Shown here one piece after another: positions 54,336 through 64,000 of a stretch of DNA of 64,000 nt. The stretch lies in NCBI GenBank assembly GCA_965153285.1, contig OZ229112.1, one strand, 5' to 3'. The notes beneath the pieces are model-generated. The model ran no database searches, was not told the DNA's origin, and was given only the letters and a program-made list of their open reading frames with translations. Position 1 is the stretch's first letter. The number at the start of each line of letters is the position of its first letter. Source of the DNA: Podarcis tiliguerta (lineage: Eukaryota). The position numbers and the translations under genes were made by a program.

Positions 54336-54449
54336 CTGCAAGAAGAGAGAGGGAGGGAGACAGAGAAAGAGGGAGGGAGAGAGAAAGAGAGAGAGAAAGA
54401 AAATCGGGATAATTACGGCTGACGGTCAATTCCTTGAAGAGAAAATGCA

Positions 54450-56170
54450 GTTTAATTGAGAGCAGAGTCTAGTGTGGTTCCCGGACAGAAGAGATCTACT
54501 TGTTGTTGAATAGGACTTAATTTAGATGCATCTCCAGCTGTACAGTAATGCGGGGAGGGGGGCGAGAGAGGCGGCGAGGGAGGGGGACAGAAGGCAAGCA
54601 GGCAGCTCGGCGGCGCGCAGTGAGCTGTCCAGAGCTCTTGGTGCTGAAAGGGCTCTGTAAGAGCTCTCTCGGCTCGCCGTAGAAGCGGAAGCCTTCCCCG
54701 CTGCCCGCCGCTTTCCCAACTGCTCAGATCACTGCGAAAACTCATAGCGGGGGGAAATAAAACAAAAGACCCTTGTGGTTCCCCCACCCCCATCTTTCAT
54801 ACCAGCTCTGCCACGTTTTTGTGAAGCTATTACCTCGCTCTTCCGTGCGTGCGTGCGTGTGTGTGTGTAATTTAAATGCAGATGGCTCTGTAATATCTGT
54901 CTGATTAACACTGGTTAGATTGGCCAATTCTGGGTCTTCTTTTTTTCTGGCTAGGATTTCGTAGGTGGTGAAGCTATTTTGTTCTCCTTGTGGGTTTTAA
55001 AGCTCAGCCTTGCGGATTTCACCCTGGAAACGGGCGGCAGCGGCTGATTCCTTCTCCAACTCTTCCCTTTTTCGCCTGAGCTCCAGCGCAGGGGTGGATT
55101 TCAGCAGGGCAGCGCATCGTTCAAGAGACACCAGTTCGCCCTCCAGACATCCCTCCGTCCAACTCGCCCTCCTTCCCTCCCTCCTTTTCCTTTCCATGGT
55201 GCTGGTGGGTGTGTGGCGGAGGAGGGGGGGGGGACACGGGACACACAAGCGCGAAGAGATCGTTTGCTGGGGCTTTATCCACTACCACCCTGTTATTAAA
55301 GGGGGGGGGGAGCCTCAAGAAAAAAGAAAGAAAACGCCACCCTTGATTTGATTAGCAATTTAAAAAGTACAAAAGCTTCTTCTCTAATCCTCCCCGGTAG
55401 AACAATAAAATGGTATCAACCCGCGTTTTCCTTGTGCGGAGAAAAAGAGCAAGGCGGGAGTAGGGGTGGGTGGTGGGTGGGAAGAGAGAATCGCCTTGTT
55501 TTTCCATGTGAATCAAAGGGGTTACGGGGTCTCTCCTCAAGGAGAACTGCTCGGCTTCTTCGGACTCAAACCAGTTTTCACGCATTTAGTGTTTTGCGAA
55601 TTGGAACAGGCGGGTGTCGTTTCCTTCCCCCTCACATGCCTTCGCACAAGCTCTCTCGCCCCCTCCCCCCGGTTTCCAGAACCAGGCTTCGTATGCAGGG
55701 ATTCATGTATTGCCTAAGCTATCTGTGCACGGATGCCAGGAAGTCTCCTGCCAGCAACAGCGAGTGCTGTCAATTCCATCCCCAAGGCACTTAAAAACAA
55801 GGGGGAGGAGGAGGTGGCGAGAGAAAGAGAGGGAGGAGAAGAGCGCTTTCACCTTCAAATTCCTCCTCCTCTCAACTCCCTTTGAACCAGCCCTCCTGCT
55901 CTGGCTTTCCCACGTCTGTTCGCGGCGATGACTGCGAGCGCGGACTCTGGAGCCCCGGCCATTTGTGCTTCGAAGCGCGCGCCTTCCTATCCCACCAGGC
56001 GCCACTTGCCTTCCACACCCCGCGAGCTCAATGGTTGGCACTACAAATGGCTTCGGAGCAGAGTCATAAACAAAGCAAAAGACGGGGGCGGGGGTGAAGA
56101 GAGTCCCCCAAACTGCGCTATTCAGGATCTCCCTGTCCAGGCCAGCTGTAGCCTTCAAACTCACAAACGC
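54450..56170. promoter_or_regulatory. Intragenic CpG island / candidate internal promoter in the intron upstream of the GPS exon
   Basis: Non-repetitive GC- and CpG-rich stretch (e.g. cggcggcgcgcag, cgcggcgatgactgcgagcgcgg, gcgcgcgcc) in an otherwise CpG-depleted AT-rich gene. It has a GC box (ggggcgggg ~56085), a palindromic double CCAAT ATTGGCCAAT (~54919-54928), and GA-rich tracts. Confidence 0.75.
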
Positions 56171-58787
56171 CTAAAAACTCCAGGACTATTTTCCTTTAAA
56201 TTGTGTGTGTGTGAAAAATTTGTATTTATGTTGTAATTCACACAAACATATATAATTGGTATATATTGTCTAATTTCCATACACACACGCACACACACAC
56301 TCATATACTGGAATCTACCTGCTACTGATTAACCTCACCTACTAAATTTATTCATCCCTCTGAATCTTGTCTTGTTGTGACACGCTGTTAAAGCCCAAAT
56401 GAAATACATTTATCAGGGGTGATTAAATATTAAAGAAGATGAGAGCTTAAGGGAAACTGACGTGGCTTAACACATAAAGGCAGTGTTATTATCCATTCTC
56501 AGAGACGTTTAATACACTCAGGGGTGAACTGGCCATGGAAAGGATAGGGCAGCTGCCTGAGAGGTGGGTCTCATGAAAGCTACCATTTCCCGGAGTTGAT
56601 TAGTGCAGCTGGACTGGCTCGCTTGATTGCCACCATACCTTGTCACAACCCTCAGTTTGTTTCTAAATTACACCACTTGTATCCAACTCCTAGGTTTGCA
56701 GAAACACTACAAGCTGGAGAGCAGAGTGAGATTTTATCGGCCTTCTAAGAACAGGTAAATTGGCTCACACACCCATTAGGCTTAGATAATGTAAGACTAT
56801 TTGCCCCTAACCCCCAAAGCCCCATTGGGCAAACACAAAGTTTTGCCTGCATGTTGTAGACTTCTGTTTTCTTTTTCTTCTCCTTCTTCTCCAATATGCT
56901 AACTCGAACTCCACAACTACAATTTTTCTGAGGTTTGAGGCTGGCTTGTCTGATGGCAGAGAGGGACAGAAGAGACCGAGAAGCCCTACTGACTGTACAG
57001 AATTTACAATGCAGCCCTTTGGACACTGAATTCATCTGAGCTGCTCTGCAAGTTACTTTTGCAGCCAGACTGCCTTTGAAAAATCACCTCTCCTGGGGCT
57101 GATTCCCATGCCTCATGTCATCAGAACCTAGTTGTCTAGAATGCCATGCAGTTACTTCCAATGCCAGCATCAGAGGCCTTGATGGAGGTGTGGTTGTAGC
57201 ATGGGAAATACTCATCAGATCAAGGCAACAATGTAGTGCAGATTATGGAACTTCAACATGCTTCTACTGAAACATGAAAGTCAGCCTTGGGGAAACGGCT
57301 TTGCAGCAAGCAAGCAAGCAAGCATACTGCAGAGGCAAGCTGCACATTGGACCTAAGCTAGCTGAAATGTGAAGGATGTGCCATTTATATTTATTTACTA
57401 TGAAGAACTGCTCTACCATGTGTGCTGCTCTACCAAACACAGAAGTGCAATTTTGACCCATACGATTCAGAAAGGAAAGCAAATATTGAATATTTATACA
57501 CCATTGTGTCAGTAATTTCCCAAAAAGTGGGCCAGTATTAACATGCATGGCCGATTCAAAGAGGTTTGGCTAAGTCCACCAATTGAGCTCATACTGAACT
57601 GGGCATTTCTGTTTGTACTCTCAAGCCATTGCATTGCAACTGGACAATGCAATGGAGGGAGAGAGGCCTTAAATGAGTGTTGAAGGTATTAGTGAGCATG
57701 GGGAATGAATACAAGCAGAACTTACCCCTTCCTGCAGTGGGTGGAATGATGCATGTGTGTGGAGAGGTTATGGCCCATCCTGGGTGAAGTGAGGTGTCTG
57801 TGGACTGGGCTGGCCACTGCCATGCTACAACTCCGATTTGGGCAACTGTGGCATCAGGAGCTGCCTTTGCAGAGACATGGAAACCTGCTCATGTCTCTCC
57901 TTAGGCAAAGTGCTCAGGCATTAACAGACCACCCAAGGACAACTGCAGCAAAGAAATCCAGGTCAGTACCTTGGGTGGATAAGAACCTAAATTATCTCCC
58001 TGCACACATAGCCTCCAAAATTTATTCCGTCTTATTGGTTTATGATTTGAATGTACATGTTTTAAAAGTTGTGTCCATTATACTTCATGGGCTTACTCCA
58101 TCTCTTTTTTGCTATCCACAGGGACTTCATTTGAAGATATTAACGCATGGGTGACCTAGTTTGCCTCTGGAGTCACGTTCAGTAATTGACATTTCCAAGT
58201 ACAGGTGGGAAAGACTCCCATGTGAAATGCTTTGCAACTCAGTGTAGATGACACCCAAGACTGATGAACAAATCGCAATACCAGCATCCCTATGTTGTTT
58301 ACAGAAGGGGAGAGAATAAAACCAATTGACTGAGTGGACTAAAACTTGCTCTACATTGGATCCAAGCCAAACACCATGATTTTTGCAAACTGTCTCCTGA
58401 GTATCTTACTGACATGCTTTCCTTATTTGCCTTATGGGAATGCCTGATGTTAAGACTGACACAGAGCAGGGTTCAATATTGTCAAAAGTTCATCTCTCAT
58501 GAATATGGTTTTGAGCTCCACACTTGGAGAAGGGTAACAAAATCTTATTGGCAGGTCTGGCTTTTCAAAAAAAGGAAAATGAAACAGCAGTCATGAAAAC
58601 TTGCAGAAAGTTATAGCAGAGAATTGACAGAATAAGGATAATAAATCAAGGCTGCATAATAATGTGACTAGTTAAATTTATTCCACAGCTTCATTGTTCA
58701 CAACATACATTTGTGTATGGGGAGTATATTATGTGTATTTATTTAGAGGGGTATATGGGATGTTAGGGGAGGGGGGTCATACCTCTG

Positions 58788-58992
58788 GCGGGGGACACGT
58801 CGTGCTCCTTCTGGGGTAGTTTGTCAATCTTTGGTCCCCACCCTGCACTCAGCTCTCACCTGTGGCTCCTAGAACCTGTCAGCATGAGACAGCAGCAACA
58901 CCCTGGGAACAGCTTTGACTGGCTGGCTAAACCAGGTGAGGATAGCCATGGGGTCTCAAACACTCGGTGAGTTAGGAACTGCCCCTGCATGC
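58788..58992 (+). mobile_element. Probable 5' portion of a non-LTR element (Vingi/RTE-like 5'UTR)
   Basis: Starts gggggacac, GC-rich and structured (ggggac/gtcccc; ctcacctg/caggtgag). Family assignment is from recall only. Confidence 0.35.
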
Positions 58993-61900
58993 CCCTGTCT
59001 GAGTCAAGATAATGCAGCTGTATATTGGTACTTCTGGGGCTCATGCTTTAATCTGTTTATATTCCTTAAATGGAATCTTGGGAAATATATTCTGTGTGGT
59101 GAGTGGCATTCTACCATAGAGAATTCTCAGTAGCACCACAAAAGTTTAATTTTAAATTCCTTGGGGAAAGCTATGAATTAGAAAGCAGTTAGCTTTAAAG
59201 GTTTGCTATACATATATATCCTAAATAAACAGTGTCAAAATTAAATTATTTTAATGCTGCAACGCTTGAATTCTGTTTGATTTGAAGAAGGCACAATTTA
59301 TTTCTTAGGGATGGTTATTTAGCTGTCACCACAGTATGTTTGAAACTTTCAAGATATCTGGCCACAATAATGGCACCAGACTTGTCCTCCTTCCTATTCC
59401 CCCACCCCCAAACCTATCCAATCATGCTTCCTTTTGTTTTTTGAACTTCCCTGAGGTTCCTCTATTGAGTCACTGGCTCAGGCTTGTAACTCTGACCTCA
59501 AACCACAAAAGCAGCAGCAAATACTCAATGCTCCCAGCTGGAGCCATCAGCTTTTACAAGAGAGGCAGAGCTGCTGCCCTAAAGGAATGCCCCTTGTTGG
59601 TTTATGGGGAACAGCCTGCCACAGCAGTATGTCATATTGGTCTAATTGCAGAGCATCACACAGGATGCTGTATTTGCTGAACATTTATTTGCTGTACAAA
59701 GATGTAACAACATGTGATAGCATGTGTCTCCCCCTTTTATCAGGGCAACTCTGCTTACTTATTTGGACCTAGGATTTAGCCTTGGAACCAGTTAAGTTAT
59801 TGATAAAGAGGACAATATCCTGTTTCCTATTGGGAATGTTTTCCTAATTATTCCTTCTTTTGTTATAAGGTTATATTATAAAGCAAGGTGTATGTGTTTT
59901 TGTGTAATAGTTATAAAGTGGCACACCTACCAATATTACTTGCTGGTTCTATGTCAAGTTAAAAATTAAAAATTCTTTAGCTAAATTTATTTGCCCAGGT
60001 TGACCAGTTTCAGAATGGTGCAATACAATTCTCAGCTAGGGCGACTTCTGTGACTCTAGCATCATCCTGATACAATTTTAATTGTTTCAGGATTGCGTTT
60101 TTATTGTTGTGAACTACCTTAGAGGCAGAAGATGGCATATAAATGCATTTCCTTATGTCCGATAATATATTCAATATATGAATATTTGAAAATGATCCCT
60201 GTTTATGAGGACTTTGAGTCTCAGGACTGCCTATCTATATGATGAGGTTTTAGCAAAATGAATGCCAAGTTATTTCCCATTCATTGTACATAATCACAGC
60301 ATCTTCTTTTGAGATTAACCTTCTCTTTTGGAGATATTGCAGTCACCTAGCACTGGATGTACTGTATATTGCGCATGAGAAAACACTGCATTCCTCAAGG
60401 TTGCTCATCCTGCTCCTATTTTTGGTCTATTCATTAGCAATTTGACAGCCTGTGTTATCACAAGCCAACAACAAAGCAATACAGTAAAATTATTAATAAA
60501 CAGAAGAGTAAAAATGTGCAATGCCCTGAAAGCCAGAGCTTACATACAATGACAAAATGAATAAGATTCTGATCATGAGCATATTTAATTCTTCAATTCC
60601 TCAGTGACTGAGCACTCCCCTTCTCCAAATCCCCAGTACTGGAGTGCTCATTCAGCTCCATCCTTTTGTCAAATGTTACTTTTTATTTTTATTTATTTGA
60701 GTTTACATGCTGGTTATGCACTCCCCTGTTGGGCTAAGTCTGCACTTGAAACAATAATTCAGCCCCATTCAGGACCTACATTTTAGATTGAGATGAGACC
60801 TGGTGCTTTAAAACGTTACCTTTGAGCATCTTTGTGCAACAAGAATCATGCACAAAGATGGCAGTGCCAAAATTGATCACAGAGTTATGATCAGGCCGCA
60901 CATGATGCACTTGCAGCCACATTTTGTAGATAGCATGCCCATGCATGAGTCTTAAGTCTTGTTGAAATATATGCTGCAAATGTCATATTAACTGCAGTGC
61001 TATTTTGTATAATTAAAAATAATGATTACTGAGAATGTGCCAGGGTACTACTGTAAAATACTATTCATGTAGCAATGCACTTATCACATAATGTACACCA
61101 ATTACCCCATTATTCTCCTCTGATGAATCCTTGCCAATATAAGAAAAAAAGGATTTGTTTATTACTGAGTGGATTGTTATTCCCTTACTCACATTGGTGA
61201 CTCCTGATTCCAGTTACTAATTAACTGAGTAATTGCACACCAGTGTGCTTACAGGATATAAAGCCTACTCTTATGTGCTATGGGCTTACTTTAGTGATGC
61301 AGGATGGTGCAGAAAACTCCCACTATTGTCAGATAGTTATGGAAATTTATGCACAGGAAGACTGACCACAAAATATTTCTCCTTAACACCACATTTAGAG
61401 AAACAATTACGCCATCTTTGATTTTCACATCAAACACCACTTGGCCAGACGCTATGTGTAAATGTGGAAGGAAGATGCAGGATCCGCCTTGTTGAGAAAA
61501 GTGCTTTCTTTCAATCTGTCTTTGGAAAGGGCAGGCCAGGATCTTGCCTCAGGACAGTACTCTTACTTCACTCCTTTAGTCAGAAAGAGAACCTTTGTTC
61601 TCCTTACTAGAATTCAGCTAGTCAGAATATTGGAAACAGATTCAAAACCTCAGTCATTTCACACCCTTTACTTTTCCAGTGCACACCATTGCTATAGGGT
61701 AGAGCAGGGATGGGAGAGGTCCCTTTGATCCTCCAGACTTTATGGGACTTCAACTCCCATCAGCCCCAGTCAGTATGGCCAATAGCCATGGATGATGGGA
61801 GTTGGTAGTCCAGCAACACCTAGATGGCCACAGGTTCCCCATCCTTGGTACACAGTTCAGTGAAGAGTGTGCTTAGGGTGTGCTGAAGCCCACTGAAATC

Positions 61901-62166
61901 AATAAACTCAAACAGGCCTAACTCTATGTTGAATCATGGTCATTGAGTTGAATCTCACAACCAGTTGCAAGGGAATTTGTGCAAGGGGAATCTTCATATT
62001 CCTCCTTCAGGCCACAGCAGCTAATAACATTTTCTCTGAAAAGTTCATATCAATGCATTTTAAACTCCCAAGTGACTCATTTGATTAGCATCTTTCTTAT
62101 GCTTCATTTAAACAAGGGGGAAAATACTGAATATATGAAATGAACAAATACGAGAATGTGGATATA

Positions 62167-62424
62167 CCGTATTTTTCGCTCTATAAGACGCACCAGACCA
62201 CAAGGCGCACTTAGTTTTTGGAGGAGGAAAACAAGAAAAAAAATATTCTGAATCTCAGAAGCCAGAACAGCAAGAGGAATCGCTGTGCAGTGAAAGCAGC
62301 AATCCCTCTTGCTGTTCTGGCTTCGGGATAGCTGCGCAGTCTGCATTCGCTCCATAAGAAGCACACACATTTCCCCTTACTTTTTAGGAGGGAAAAAGTG
62401 AGTCTTATAGAGCAAAAAATATGG
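62167..62424. mobile_element. Short Tc2-like MITE related to the 6487-8264 element
   Basis: TA|ccgtatttttcgctctataagacgc ... gagtcttatagagcaaaaaatatgg|TA. It shares the 3' segment ctgcattcgc.ccataag..gcacacacatttcccct...ggaggg.aaaagtg with the long copy and has an internal hairpin. Confidence 0.88.
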
Positions 62425-63813
62425 TAAATATTCTGCCATTCAAATACCCATTGAATCTGTACAGTTTGGATTACGGACTGCAGATGAAATCAAACAGATT
62501 ACCAATTATATTTTCCCTTCTCAAGTATATAGGAGGATTTCAGCATTTTGGTTAATGTAACTAAACACCCTCTGGATGTGTACGTTTGCCAATAAAACAA
62601 AAACAAAAAGCCCTGAGATTTTCTCTTCCTGATCTCTAAATCAAAAATTAATCCCATTTAAATATTATTTTTGCAAAACAAATGTGTATCTGGGCTAGAA
62701 ACCAAATTTTAACCCAATGAGATTTGAAGCTGCTCAGGAAATAAACCTTAGGAAAAGAAACTCAACTCCACAGGATTTATCACAGTAACACTAAAGTAAT
62801 GAGCATATGCTATGTATTGCAGTAGCTCAGTTATAATGCCTGGACAGCCAAACAAGATCTTCATACCAGCTTTGCTGCCTTCTATTCTGTATTAAATAGG
62901 TAGATATTTCCCCCTGGACTTATGTAAAATTCATGAGGTGTGTATTTAGTATTGACATGGAACACTGGAAAGGAAGTGATTGACGCTGTAGGGGGAGAGC
63001 ACAATCTGAACTATAATTTGGCCATTTTTCTATCTTCATTCATTCCAGAGATAAACTGTATACATTTTGCCTGGTTCAAAGACATTATGAGGCCGATGAC
63101 AGATACTGAGACCCACTGGTGCCAAACTGTGGATCCCAGCAATTATGACACCAAGGTCACACACAAAAAGCACATTTGTGTTCCACAGGAGATATCAGGA
63201 TTCAGACATCTTGGGCCAATAAACAAATGGTTTACTGGACTGGAAGTGAGTTGTGTTACTATATTTCCTTGACTTTCCCTTTCTCTTGTCCCTTCATGCA
63301 TTTGGCTTCAGCTATTTCCTGGTCCTTTAAGCCATGGTCTCCTGCAATGTTTGAACTGGGAGACTATAGCTTAAGCTGGCCAGAACAGAGGTGCAGAGAC
63401 AGTTGTCTCCTTTTGTGAATGGAAGCTCCTACCATTAATGGAATGAAAAATTAGGACCCAAGGCTATGAATCTACAAAGACGCTAAAGTTACGGGATATC
63501 TAATTCACATTAAGGCTGCAGTCCTGTACACACTACTGGCATCCTACTGAAGACAATGGGTGTGATTAAACTAAGCTGTTGTGTGCGCAGAACTGTCCAC
63601 TCATTAAATGGGACTTCTCCCTTCTTCTCCACATGCACTGCGTGCCCCTTAAATCTGCTATGGGGGTTATGGGGACCCCCCTCAGAACAGGCTTAGGGGG
63701 CACATGGGGGAGGAGCAAGGCCGTAGCTAGGGGGTTGTGAGGTGGACCCCCACCAGGGGTGCAGGCGATCCCGCACCCCCAAAAATTGACTGAAAAATAT
63801 GTCCATAAATATA

Positions 63814-64000
63814 CAGTGGTACCTGAGGTTAAGTATTTAATTCGTTCTGGAGGTCCATTCTTAACCTGAAACTGTTCTTAACCTGAAGCACCACTTTAGC
63901 TAATGGGTCCTCCAGCTGCTGCCGCACCGCTGGAGCACAATTTCTGTTCTCATCCTGAAGCAAAGTTCTAAACCTGAGGCAATATTTCTGGGTTAGTGGA
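63814..64000. mobile_element. Second copy of the Tigger-like MITE, truncated by the window end
   Basis: TA|cagtggtacctgaggttaagtatttaattcgttc..., colinear with the 26113 copy. Confidence 0.88.

Noticed and set aside
55018-55030. Donor CAGG|GTGAAA that could fuse the 66-aa ORF to the GPS exon
   Set aside because: It is phase 1 and the GPS exon needs phase 2, so it would be out of frame. It is also a weak consensus.
270-63418. Remaining 60-150 aa ORFs in the track
   Set aside because: No recognisable domains, many have non-ATG starts or overlap repeats, and this is the expected background for intronic DNA.

Overview
Eukaryotic vertebrate DNA, inferred to be from a squamate, probably a lacertid lizard, because it carries full-length Sauria-type SINEs and other lizard-type SINEs and MITEs. 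The whole window lies inside the adhesion GPCR gene ADGRB3 (BAI3) on the minus strand. Three clustered coding exons are present. The GPS exon starts at 54335, and only 10 nt are visible before a 140-N assembly gap. The TM1 exon is 52586-52483 (104 nt) and the ICL1/TM2 exon is 48205-48103 (103 nt). Everything from 1 to about 48100 is one long intron full of SINEs, LINE fragments (L2, CR1, RTE) and hAT/Tc-Mariner MITEs. The most notable observations are: (1) an intragenic CpG island (~54.45-56.2 kb) just upstream of the GPS exon, with a candidate alternative first exon and donor, a strong-Kozak 66-codon upstream ORF, and a strong-Kozak Met at the start of the TM1 exon, consistent with an internal promoter making a receptor without its ectodomain; (2) a Tc2-like non-autonomous DNA transposon (6487-8264) inflated by a 14-unit, 107-bp GC/CpG-rich double-hairpin minisatellite, with a compact relative at 62167-62424; (3) an inverted Sauria SINE pair 2.2 kb apart. 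The long ORFs at 6.5-8.2 kb are repeat artefacts.
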